From an uncultured Bacteroidales bacterium (GTDB lineage Bacteria; Bacteroidota; Bacteroidia; Bacteroidales; UBA3663): DNA of 64,000 bases. Position numbers and translations under genes: made by a program. The notes beneath the pieces are model-generated. The model made no database searches. It worked only from the letters and a program-made list of their open reading frames with translations, and had not been told where the DNA came from. The stretch is from contig CACXTQ010000005.1 in assembly GCA_902770595.1 (NCBI GenBank), positions 48,218-112,217 on the forward strand, read 5' to 3'. This document shows, piece after piece, positions 19,063 to 27,637 of the stretch. How positions within the stretch are numbered: position 1 is the first letter of the stretch; the number at the start of each line of letters is the position of its first letter.

Positions 19063-19878
19063 ATGAAAGTCATCGAGCAATATACCGAAGGCAAATCCAC
19101 CACTGTTCCATCTGAGGATGCTGCAGTGGTGACTGCGTTTTATGCGGCTGTCATTGACGGTGCGACACCCAAAACCGACTTCCGCTATCCAGGTGGAGAG
19201 ACACCGGGACACCTCGCTGCTCGTCTTCTGAGCGAAGCTATGCGTACCATGCCCGCCGACCTTGATGCAGAAGGCTGTGTCGCAAGGTTGACCAAGGTTC
19301 TGCACCAAGACGATGTGACACCTTCCAATCGTCCCATCGCTTCGCTGGTCATCTATTCCGAACCACGACGCGAAGTATGGATGATCGGAGATTGTCAATT
19401 CGGCTACATCGACGGGGAGAATATCTTCCGCACAGTGACGAATACCAAGCTAATCGACAAGTGCCTTTCAGAATGGAGGCGTGACATCATCCTCAGCTAT
19501 CTGAGCAGAGGTCGAATGACAACAGAAGAAATTGCAGCCAACGACCCTGGACGGCGCATCATCCAACCGTTCATCACCCACCAGGTACGCTATCAGAACG
19601 CCAAAACGCAGAACCCCTTCAACTATACCATGCTCGATGGGGAACCTGTTCCGAAGCATTACATCAAAGTGTACCGACTTCCTGCCGATGTGCATCAGCT
19701 TATACTAGCCACCGATGGTTATCCAGTACTGATGCAGAACCTTGAAGAATCGGAGAAGCAACTGCACCATCTATTGCAGGAAGACCCGCTTTGCATCGGC
19801 CCACTGCTCGGCTCAAAAGGCGTGCAACCCGGGAACAAAAGCAACGACGACCGCACATATCTGAGACTGGAAATATGA
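19063..19878 (+). CDS. Hypothetical protein, possibly a PP2C-like phosphatase fold
   Basis: Start trimmed to MKVIEQY (ATG 19063, 2 nt after the plsC stop). VIDGATPK, WMIGDC, LILATDGYP and NDDRTYLRL are spaced like PP2C metal-binding motifs. This is a weak call. Confidence 0.4.
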   Translation: MKVIEQYTEGKSTTVPSEDAAVVTAFYAAVIDGATPKTDFRYPGGETPGHLAARLLSEAMRTMPADLDAEGCVARLTKVLHQDDVTPSNRPIASLVIYSEPRREVWMIGDCQFGYIDGENIFRTVTNTKLIDKCLSEWRRDIILSYLSRGRMTTEEIAANDPGRRIIQPFITHQVRYQNAKTQNPFNYTMLDGEPVPKHYIKVYRLPADVHQLILATDGYPVLMQNLEESEKQLHHLLQEDPLCIGPLLGSKGVQPGNKSNDDRTYLRLEI

Positions 19879-20285
19879 AGACAAAAAAAGAATCGACCGG
19901 AACTCCACCAATCCTCGCCCGACTGCAGCAATTCATGGATCACGAGAATCTCACAGCCTACCAGGTCAACAAGGACTCGGGGCTGTGCAAAGGTCTCCTC
20001 ATCAATGCCTTCACCAACCAGCGGGGACTTACAACATCGACACTCGAAGTCATCCTCAACACTTATCCCCAACTCAATGCCAACTGGCTCATCGTGGGAC
20101 GAGGCGAAATGCTCAATCCCGAACCTGATGCGGCCGTTCCCTTGTCAGCTACCGAACAACACATTCGTCATCTGGAAGAACTGAAGAAGCAATGCCTCGA
20201 AATGATCAAGTCGATACAGCAGATGAAGATAGAAGAACAGAAGTCGGCCGATGACAGACTTATCGGCAGTCTGCTCAAGGATTGA
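19875..20285 (+). CDS. HTH DNA-binding protein (phage-repressor/XRE-like) with C-terminal coiled coil
   Basis: Start trimmed to MKTKKEST; its ATG overlaps the upstream TGA (ATGA). ILARLQQFMDHENLTAYQVNKDSGL...NWLIVGRGEM is typical of this HTH class. Confidence 0.6.
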   Translation: MKTKKESTGTPPILARLQQFMDHENLTAYQVNKDSGLCKGLLINAFTNQRGLTTSTLEVILNTYPQLNANWLIVGRGEMLNPEPDAAVPLSATEQHIRHLEELKKQCLEMIKSIQQMKIEEQKSADDRLIGSLLKD

Positions 20286-20310
20286 GATGCATAAGGGCCG
20301 AGACACAATT

Positions 20311-20345
20311 CGGGGGCTTCCCACTTTGCGTGTGGGAAGCCCCCG
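20311..20345. terminator. Strong bidirectional hairpin (13-bp stem)
   Basis: cgggggcttccca (20311..20323) pairs with tgggaagcccccg (20333..20345), between convergent genes. Confidence 0.8.
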
Positions 20346-20362
20346 AACTATATTTGTGACTA

Positions 20363-21517
20363 TTACAGGATCTTCTTGTAGAGGGCAACGATGTCGTCAC
20401 GGGTCACCTTGCGAGGATTGCCTGGAGTGCAAACGTCAGCGATGGCCTGATCAGCCAGTGCGTCGATGTCCTTCTCGTAGATACCAATCTCACTGAGGTG
20501 CTGTGGAATACCCACTTCGATGGCCAATGCACGAACGGCATCGCATGCAGCCTGTGCAGCCTCGATCTGGGTCATACCCTTCTTGTAGGCGCCCATAGCC
20601 TTGGCGATTTCAACATACTTCTCGCGGCAAACAGGAGCATTGAACTCCATAACCGTAGGCAGAAGGATAGCGTTGGCTACGCCGTGAGGAATGTTGTGGA
20701 GCGAACCCATCGGGTGAGCCATACCGTGAACAACTCCGAGACCTACGTTCGAGAATGCCATACCAGCAACATACTGTGCGAGTGCCATGCCTTCGCGACC
20801 CTTAGGATTCTGTGGATCGAATACGGCGAGACGCAGGTACTTGTTGATGAGACGGATGGCCTCAATCTCGAACATATCGCTGAGTTCCCAGGCAGCCTTG
20901 GTGATATAGCCTTCGATAGCGTGTGTCAATGCATCGAGACCCGTAGCAGCGGTAGTAGCCTTGGGGAGAGAATACATCAGCTCGGCATCGACAATCGAGC
21001 AGCAGGGGATGTCATTAGGATCCACACAAACCATCTTCTTGTGATTCTCCTCGTCGATGATAACGTAGTTGATGGTAGTCTCGGCAGCAGTACCTGCAGT
21101 CGTTGGGAAGCAGATTACGGGCACGCTCTTATGCTTGGTAGGAGCTACACCTTCGAGGCTGACAACGTCGCTGAACTCAGGATTGTTGGTAACAATACCA
21201 ATTCCCTTGGCAGTATCCATCGAAGAGCCGCCACCGATGGCAACCATAAAGTCGGCCTTGGCATCAGCAAATGCCTTCACGCCATTCTTCACGTTGGTTA
21301 CGGTTGGATTGGGCACTACATCCGAGTAGATCTCGTAAGGGATGCCGGCCTCATCCATAACGTCGGTCACCATCTTGCATACGCCAAATTTAACCAGACC
21401 TTTGTCGGTTACCACGAGGGCTTTCTTGAAACCAAGACGTGCAACCACTGCGGGCAATTCCTTGCGAGCACCAGCTCCGAAGTAGCTAAGTTCATTAAGA
21501 ATAAAACGGTTTACCAT
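20363..21517 (-). CDS. Iron-containing alcohol dehydrogenase (lactaldehyde reductase FucO-like)
   Basis: 384 aa. GGGSSMDTAKG NAD-binding block; metal ligands in LTHAIEGY and HGMAHPMG. Confidence 0.85.
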   Translation of the reverse strand: MVNRFILNELSYFGAGARKELPAVVARLGFKKALVVTDKGLVKFGVCKMVTDVMDEAGIPYEIYSDVVPNPTVTNVKNGVKAFADAKADFMVAIGGGSSMDTAKGIGIVTNNPEFSDVVSLEGVAPTKHKSVPVICFPTTAGTAAETTINYVIIDEENHKKMVCVDPNDIPCCSIVDAELMYSLPKATTAATGLDALTHAIEGYITKAAWELSDMFEIEAIRLINKYLRLAVFDPQNPKGREGMALAQYVAGMAFSNVGLGVVHGMAHPMGSLHNIPHGVANAILLPTVMEFNAPVCREKYVEIAKAMGAYKKGMTQIEAAQAACDAVRALAIEVGIPQHLSEIGIYEKDIDALADQAIADVCTPGNPRKVTRDDIVALYKKIL

Positions 21518-21578
21518 AATAGTTTGTTTTAAGATAGAAGGTTGAAAATAGGGGTTAGAACTCTAATTGATTATCTCG

Positions 21579-23777
21579 TTATAAGTTGTATTTCACATAA
21601 AAGTCACGCTCGGAAATGATTTCGACGCCCAGTTGACGCGCCTTGTCAAGCTTGTTCTGTCCTGGAGCATCGCCCGTCACCACATAGTTGACCTTGCCGC
21701 TCACCGATCCCACATATTTGGCTCCGTGTCCGGTGAAGAATGCCTTGATCTCGTCGCGTTTGAAGCGATAACTGGTACCTGTGAAAATCACCGTCATACC
21801 TTCAAGGGCATTGCCAAGTTTCTCTGCGCTCTGATAATCCTGCTGGAACTGATAGTCGGGCGAACCGATGCAAGTATAATCACTCAGATTGGCTTCAAGG
21901 ATGTTCCTGGCCATGATTTCTCCGATGCCATCGATAAGCAGCAATTCTTCGAACGTCGCAGCGCGGAACTTCGACCAGGAGCCGAAATGTTCGGCAAGGA
22001 GTTTGCCTGTGATCTTACCCACGCCATCGATGCCAAGACCTCCGATGATGCGGTCGAGGGTCAGTGTACTGATGCTTTGCGCAATGCCATCGAACATCAG
22101 CGCCACCGACTTCTCGGCATACCCCTCTCCCAACTGCTGCTGAATGTGAGTGCGGTAATTGGGACAGAAGACATCGGGTTCCCACGTGCTCTCGTCCTTG
22201 ACAAAGACACGATAAAGGTCATCGACCGAAGCAATGTCCAGTTTGTCATAAAGGTCGGCCAAAACGTTAGGACCCAAACCTTTGATATTCGCGCAATCCT
22301 TGCCGCACCAATACTCCAGACGCTGGATGGCCTGTTCACGGCAATGATGATTCGGACAGATCCAATATTCGCCTTTCTTCACCAGCGCAGTCGCGCAACA
22401 GGGACACGTCTCGGGGAATTTGATGGCCTTGAGTTGTACCTCCTCGGCAGCATTGCGCAGGGCATCGATGCCAGTCACCTGCGGAATCACCTCGCCCGCC
22501 TTTTGCACAAATACATACGAACCGATAGCCAGACGGAGGCTGCGGATATATGACTCATTATTCAACGTGGCACGTGCCACCACCGATCCAGAAATGGTCG
22601 TTGGTTCAAGTTCGGCAACGGGTGTGATATGACCTGTCATGCCCACCTGGAAGGTCACGTCGCGTATTACCGTAGACTGTGCCTCCTGCGGGAACTTGCG
22701 CGCCTTGCACCAATTGGGGAACGTTGTGTTCAGTCCCAGGAATTCCTGGTGCCGACGTTCATTCACCTTGACAACGACGCCATCGCAATCGTAGGGCAAC
22801 TTACGGCCGATACGTACCTCGTTGAAGGCATTGATGGCATCGGTAAGTTGCTTGAGGTCGCTGAAAGCCTGACGTCCGGGGGTCTTGTAATAGTCAAAGC
22901 CCAGCTTGCCAAGCAGTTCGAGCGTTTTCTCCTGGCTGCTTAACACATCGCGCTGAAATGCCTCATCAGTCGAATAGGCAGCGTAAGCATTCACCACAAG
23001 TCCACGTTTGGCAGTAACCTTCGGGTCGAGTTGCTTCAGCGAGCCACTCGCAGCATTGCGCTTGTTGGCAAATGGACGTTCTCCGTTCTTCTCCTTCTCT
23101 GCATTGAGTCGATCAAAAGCACCTTGCGGCATCAGCACTTCTCCTCTCACTTCGAAATAGGATGGCAATTGGAGTTGATCTGCTGTTTCGGAACTTTCTT
23201 CGGCAAACAGGTCGTCGAACAACGAGGGTTCCTTCGAAGCAGTCTTCGATGCTGTTTTTGTGCCACCTTCCACCATCAGTTTCAAAGGCACGTTTCGAAT
23301 AGTGCGCACGTTGGCGATTACCGATTCGCCCTCGATCTGATTGCCGCGCGTCACGGCATCGACAAGTTCGCCGTTACGATAGACGAGCGAGATGGAGAGG
23401 CCATCATACTTCGGCTCGTAGGTAAACGAAATCTCGTCATTGGGGAAAGCGGCACGAAGTTTCTGGCTAGTCGAAAGCAACCATTCCTGCAGTTCCTCAT
23501 CGCTATAGACGTTCTCGATGCTCTGCATGGGGATGACGTGACGATGCTTCTCGAAGGCACCTTGTATGTCCGAGCCGACACGTTGGGTGGGGCTATCGGG
23601 CAAGACTATGCCCGAAGCCGCCTCCAAAGCCTGCAACTGCTTGAATTCCATGTCGAACTCAAAGTCCGTCATCGGCGGGTCGTTCTCTATATAATATTTA
23701 TAGGAAGCCCACGCCAAGGCTGCGGTCAAGCTGGCTTGGTCGTTGACGTCACGCTTGTTGAATTCCTCAAGTGTCAT
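21579..23777 (-). CDS. ligA: NAD-dependent DNA ligase
   Basis: 732 aa. Adenylation motif EPKYDGLS, Zn finger CPCCATALVKKGEYWICPNHHC, HhH repeats and a BRCT tail (TVIFTGT...). Confidence 0.9.
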   Translation of the reverse strand: MTLEEFNKRDVNDQASLTAALAWASYKYYIENDPPMTDFEFDMEFKQLQALEAASGIVLPDSPTQRVGSDIQGAFEKHRHVIPMQSIENVYSDEELQEWLLSTSQKLRAAFPNDEISFTYEPKYDGLSISLVYRNGELVDAVTRGNQIEGESVIANVRTIRNVPLKLMVEGGTKTASKTASKEPSLFDDLFAEESSETADQLQLPSYFEVRGEVLMPQGAFDRLNAEKEKNGERPFANKRNAASGSLKQLDPKVTAKRGLVVNAYAAYSTDEAFQRDVLSSQEKTLELLGKLGFDYYKTPGRQAFSDLKQLTDAINAFNEVRIGRKLPYDCDGVVVKVNERRHQEFLGLNTTFPNWCKARKFPQEAQSTVIRDVTFQVGMTGHITPVAELEPTTISGSVVARATLNNESYIRSLRLAIGSYVFVQKAGEVIPQVTGIDALRNAAEEVQLKAIKFPETCPCCATALVKKGEYWICPNHHCREQAIQRLEYWCGKDCANIKGLGPNVLADLYDKLDIASVDDLYRVFVKDESTWEPDVFCPNYRTHIQQQLGEGYAEKSVALMFDGIAQSISTLTLDRIIGGLGIDGVGKITGKLLAEHFGSWSKFRAATFEELLLIDGIGEIMARNILEANLSDYTCIGSPDYQFQQDYQSAEKLGNALEGMTVIFTGTSYRFKRDEIKAFFTGHGAKYVGSVSGKVNYVVTGDAPGQNKLDKARQLGVEIISERDFYVKYNL

Positions 23778-23789
23778 CGGTCGGTTCTC

Positions 23790-24428
23790 TTATAGGTAGT
23801 CAATCTTGATGACAATCTTGCGCGGAGTGCAAGGCTGTTTGCCGATGCCGGTCGCCTGATGTATATCGTCGGGGAAGAAAAGATAGAAATGCTTGGGGTC
23901 GGAGTCGATCACAAGGCACTCGTTGGCTGCCGGTATCTTCTTCTTGTCCCAGCCGAAGTTCTGCACATCCTTCTTCTCGTTGTATTCGTTGCGCGGAACG
24001 AGACATTCAGGCGAATGGGTCACATGGTAACGCTCCGAACCAGTCACATCCCATTGCAGGTCGATGGTGCGACGATGCTGTTCCCACTGGCAATTCTCAG
24101 GAGTGCGCAGTGCCTGATTGAGCACCTTTACGTAGGCGTGGCTCCATTGCATGGCATTATTGCTGGGCTCCATCTTCAAAGGATCGACGCTGGCAAGCCA
24201 TGCGAAAATCGAATCCCACATAGCGGGAGCCTTCTGATACTGCTCGTAGAACGTCTGCACATTGATATGATCGTAGGGTTTCACCTTGAAACCATTCTTC
24301 CACTTGCCTTTCTTGAACCAAGCCATGGCCTCGGCAGTTGCCGTAGGTTTAGCGAATGACGCCTCCTGTGCCATAGTTATACAAAGACAAGATAAGGAAA
24401 GAACCAGAATGAGGAAGATCTTTTTCAT
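23790..24428 (-). CDS. Secreted YhcH/YjgK/YiaL (DUF386) family protein
   Basis: 212 aa with a signal peptide. HRRTIDLQWDV and FYLFFPDDIH blocks are typical of DUF386 cupins. Confidence 0.6.
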   Translation of the reverse strand: MKKIFLILVLSLSCLCITMAQEASFAKPTATAEAMAWFKKGKWKNGFKVKPYDHINVQTFYEQYQKAPAMWDSIFAWLASVDPLKMEPSNNAMQWSHAYVKVLNQALRTPENCQWEQHRRTIDLQWDVTGSERYHVTHSPECLVPRNEYNEKKDVQNFGWDKKKIPAANECLVIDSDPKHFYLFFPDDIHQATGIGKQPCTPRKIVIKIDYL

Positions 24429-24462
24429 CGTACAAAATTGGGTTATAGATAATTTTTCGGAG

Positions 24463-24470
24463 CAAAGATA
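24463..24470 (-). promoter_or_regulatory. -7 box TATCTTTG (minus strand)
   Basis: The plus strand reads caaagata, 35 nt upstream of the ATG at 24428. Confidence 0.55.
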
Positions 24471-24545
24471 AGGAATTTTATTTAAAGTTGTATCGGCAAA
24501 CGTAAAAAAAATGTTCGATTTTTTGTTTTGTTAGGAAAAACCTAT

Positions 24546-24553
24546 TATCTTTG
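24546..24553 (+). promoter_or_regulatory. -7 box TATCTTTG
   Basis: 33 nt upstream of the ATG at 24586. Confidence 0.55.
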
Positions 24554-24585
24554 CAGCGAAAAACCAACAAAAAACACTACACAGA

Positions 24586-25002
24586 ATGATCATCAAGCAA
24601 GTCAGCGTCAGCATCGAGGACCGTGTCGGTTCCAGCTGGCAGGTTTTCCAGACTTTGGCCGACAACCGCATCAACATCCTTTCGTATAGCATCGAAGATA
24701 CTCCCCCGCAAGGCACCCTGCGGCTCATCGTCGACGATGCGACCAAGGCCGACGAGGTGCTGCGTAATGTCGGCTTCCGCACACAACTTACCAACGTGTA
24801 TTCGATGAATGTCCCCAACCACATCGGATCGATGAGTCGTGTGCTCAAATACCTGACCGAAAAAGAGGTCTCGATTGACTTCATGTATGTCTTCCAGTAC
24901 ATGGGTATTTCTCAGACCGTTCTGCATTCGCGCAACATGAAGCAGCTTGAGCAAGTGCTCACCCGATATGAACAAGAGCAGCTCAACTTGACATCCAAAT
25001 AA
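24586..25002 (+). CDS. ACT-domain (amino-acid-binding) protein
   Basis: 138 aa. Two beta-alpha-beta-beta-alpha-beta-like halves: IIKQVSVSIEDRVGSSWQVFQTLADNRINI / VYSMNVPNHIGSMSRVLKYLTEKEVSI. Confidence 0.55.
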   Translation: MIIKQVSVSIEDRVGSSWQVFQTLADNRINILSYSIEDTPPQGTLRLIVDDATKADEVLRNVGFRTQLTNVYSMNVPNHIGSMSRVLKYLTEKEVSIDFMYVFQYMGISQTVLHSRNMKQLEQVLTRYEQEQLNLTSK

Positions 25003-25078
25003 ATCAACTGTATGGGCTTCATAGGAGGATTTTAGGATTTTTTAATACGATAATTTTGCCTATTAGTCGAAAAATGAT

Positions 25079-25086
25079 TATATTTG
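25079..25086 (+). promoter_or_regulatory. -7 box TATATTTG bracketed by an 8-bp inverted repeat
   Basis: attagtcg (25062..25069) and cgactaat (25090..25097) flank the box. Confidence 0.5.
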
Positions 25087-25187
25087 CGCCGACTAATTAC
25101 ACACATTCCCCTTTCCTTCGGGTTGAGGAAGTTGCTATAAATAAAAATCATTTACTGTAAACCATATAAATAAAATTAATATCCGCT

Positions 25188-25499
25188 ATGAACAAAATTT
25201 ACAGTGACCCTATCGAGAAGGCACAACTTCTCATCGAGGGACTTAAGAAAAATCGTTCCTATCTTGAAACCAAGGGCTACGACCTGTCAATCATCGAACG
25301 TCTTGAAAAAGCCTGTGAGGAAATGACCCGCGAAGGTGAAGCTGTTGCCATCGAGGAGGAGGCTCTCTCGAAACATCGCGTCAAATGTCACACCATCCTC
25401 AGTGGTCTGAAGCGTGATCTGTACGCCGGCAAGAATGGCATCAAGACGATGTTCGACCAAGAGCAGTGGAATCAGTACGGCGTGCCCGACAAGCGCTGA
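25188..25499 (+). CDS. Hypothetical helical protein (103 aa)
   Basis: An ORF with coding-like composition and its own promoter. I recognise no motif. Confidence 0.45.
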   Translation: MNKIYSDPIEKAQLLIEGLKKNRSYLETKGYDLSIIERLEKACEEMTREGEAVAIEEEALSKHRVKCHTILSGLKRDLYAGKNGIKTMFDQEQWNQYGVPDKR

Positions 25500-25543
25500 T
25501 CTCGATTGGGTTTTGGCAATAGATAGGACAAAACACCAGCACG

Positions 25544-27520
25544 ATGAATAGATTGTCCGTCTTTATTGCAACACTTATCCTCAACCTGACCTTCTCAAAA
25601 GGTTGGGCTGAGGATTTTCATATCTATGTATCGCCTGTCGGCAACGACACGTGCCAAGGGACTGCACTTTCTCCTGTTGCATCCTACCAACAAGCTTTAC
25701 GCTTGGCTCGCGAAAAGCGACGCGCGGGTTGGGACGAAGGAGCACTTATCATCGACTACCCCGACACGCCCGAACGCTTTCTCCTCACCGAGCCCATCCG
25801 CATCCGCCCCGAAGACAGCGGCACGCCCGAAACACCACTCATCATCACCGGCAATTCGTCGATAGAAGGGAGCGAATTGAGCGGCGGCATGCCCATCACC
25901 CGATGGAAACGACAAGGCAAACTGCTTGTAGCCGACGTTCCTGAATGGAATGGCTACCCTATCGACTTCCGTCAGTTCTACAGCCCCATCAAGGCAGTGC
26001 GCGCCCAGGATGTTCCCGTGGTCTTTGATTCCGAGCAGGATGAGTACGAGCAGATGTCACGCATCCTGAGCCTTGACAAGACTCGACGAATTCTCTATGT
26101 CCCCGCCACGCCGGCCATCCGTAATATTGCTCGTCAGGGCGTTGGACATACCGAGATGGTGCTGCACACGATGTGGTGTACCAACAACTTGCGCATCAAG
26201 ACTATCACTATCCAAGGTGACTCAGCTGCCATCTGGTTTCAAGAACCCGAGGCAGATGTCTTTTGGGAGCATCCCTGGCCTCTTCCATTCACCGGCCAAC
26301 ACGCTTCGCCCTTCTATCTCACCAATCATTTCGCCCTCTTGGATGAACCGGGCGAATGGTTTCACGACATCGGTTCGCACAAGTTGTACTATTATCCTCG
26401 CAATGCCGAAGAGGCTGACTGGATGCTGCACACGAATTCGAACCGAGAACTAATCCCCTATGTGCCCGCTCTCGAGAATATCCTCATCATCGAAGGTACA
26501 CCCGAACGTCCCGTTCACGATGTTTTGATTCGTCAGTTCGCCTTCTCTGGCACCACTTGGATGCGTCCGTCCACCCATGGGCACGTACCGCTCCAAGCTG
26601 GCATGTATCTCATCGAGGGTTACAAGTTGCGACCCTCCATCGTTCGACCCGACCGCAACCACAAGCTCGACAACCAAGCCTTCTGTGGTCGTCCGGCGGC
26701 AGCAGTCCGTGTTCATCATGCCCAACGCATCACATTCGACCAATGCTCGTTCTCACAGACCGCCTCCACCAGTCTCGACTTCGAGGAAGGCGCCTTGGAC
26801 TGCATCGTCGCCAACTGCACCTTTTATAATATAGGTGGGGCGGCAATTGTGGCAGGGTCTTTCAGTCCAGAGTCTTTCGAAGGGCATCTTCCCTATGCTC
26901 CCCAGGATCCTCGGCAACTCTGCCGTGGTCTCATCGTTGCCAACAACTGGATCGAAAACACCGGACTCGAAGATTGGGGCACTCCCGCCATTTCTGCCGG
27001 ATGGGTCACCGATGCGTTGATTGCCTACAACTCCATCCGCAACGTGCCCTATTCGGGCATTTCTTTGGGCTGGGGATGGACGCAATCGCTCAACTGCATG
27101 AGCGGCAACGAAGTCTATCGTAATCGCATCACCCGCTATGCGCGTCATATGTACGACGTGGCTGGTATCTACACCCTCAGCGCACAGCCCAAGACCTACA
27201 TTACAGAGAATGTCATCGACAGCATCTGTCATCCCTCCTACGTCCACGACCCGAAGCATTGGTTCTACCTCTACACCGACGAAGGGTCCTCGTTCATCAC
27301 CGTGCAGGACAACTGGTGCCCGGCCGAAAAGTTCCTGCAAAACGCCAACGGTCCCGGCAACACCTGGCATAACAATGGTTCCACGGTGGCAGACTCCATC
27401 CTCTACAATGCCGGCTGCAAACATTGGCTATGGGAGGGCACAGACCCCATCCCCTCGATGAGCCTCGACGACATCAAGCGCATCCGTCCCCTCCTCCAAA
27501 CGCGCAAGCCCAAAAAATAA
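25544..27520 (+). CDS. Secreted right-handed parallel beta-helix protein (pectate-lyase-fold glycosidase/lyase)
   Basis: 658 aa with a signal peptide. N-terminal FHIYVSPVGNDTCQGT, repeated NC/NN...I..N turns, and IAYNSIRNVPYSGISLGWGW. Confidence 0.65.
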   Translation: MNRLSVFIATLILNLTFSKGWAEDFHIYVSPVGNDTCQGTALSPVASYQQALRLAREKRRAGWDEGALIIDYPDTPERFLLTEPIRIRPEDSGTPETPLIITGNSSIEGSELSGGMPITRWKRQGKLLVADVPEWNGYPIDFRQFYSPIKAVRAQDVPVVFDSEQDEYEQMSRILSLDKTRRILYVPATPAIRNIARQGVGHTEMVLHTMWCTNNLRIKTITIQGDSAAIWFQEPEADVFWEHPWPLPFTGQHASPFYLTNHFALLDEPGEWFHDIGSHKLYYYPRNAEEADWMLHTNSNRELIPYVPALENILIIEGTPERPVHDVLIRQFAFSGTTWMRPSTHGHVPLQAGMYLIEGYKLRPSIVRPDRNHKLDNQAFCGRPAAAVRVHHAQRITFDQCSFSQTASTSLDFEEGALDCIVANCTFYNIGGAAIVAGSFSPESFEGHLPYAPQDPRQLCRGLIVANNWIENTGLEDWGTPAISAGWVTDALIAYNSIRNVPYSGISLGWGWTQSLNCMSGNEVYRNRITRYARHMYDVAGIYTLSAQPKTYITENVIDSICHPSYVHDPKHWFYLYTDEGSSFITVQDNWCPAEKFLQNANGPGNTWHNNGSTVADSILYNAGCKHWLWEGTDPIPSMSLDDIKRIRPLLQTRKPKK

Positions 27521-27533
27521 CCTTTCGAACCCA

Positions 27534-27618
27534 GACCCCCTCTAATCCCCCTGCTTAGGGGGAAGAACCAAACCCCGACAAGCAAGTCCTCCCCCTAAGC
27601 AGGGGGACAGAGGGGGTC
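27534..27618. repeat. Long imperfect inverted repeat (about 28-bp arms, 28-nt spacer) between two glycosidase genes
   Basis: gaccccctctaatccccctgcttaggggg (27534..27562) versus ccccctaagcagggggacagagggggtc (27591..27618). Each arm contains its own C5..G5 mini-palindrome. Confidence 0.85.
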
Positions 27619-27637
27619 TCCTCAAACCCCATTTCCC

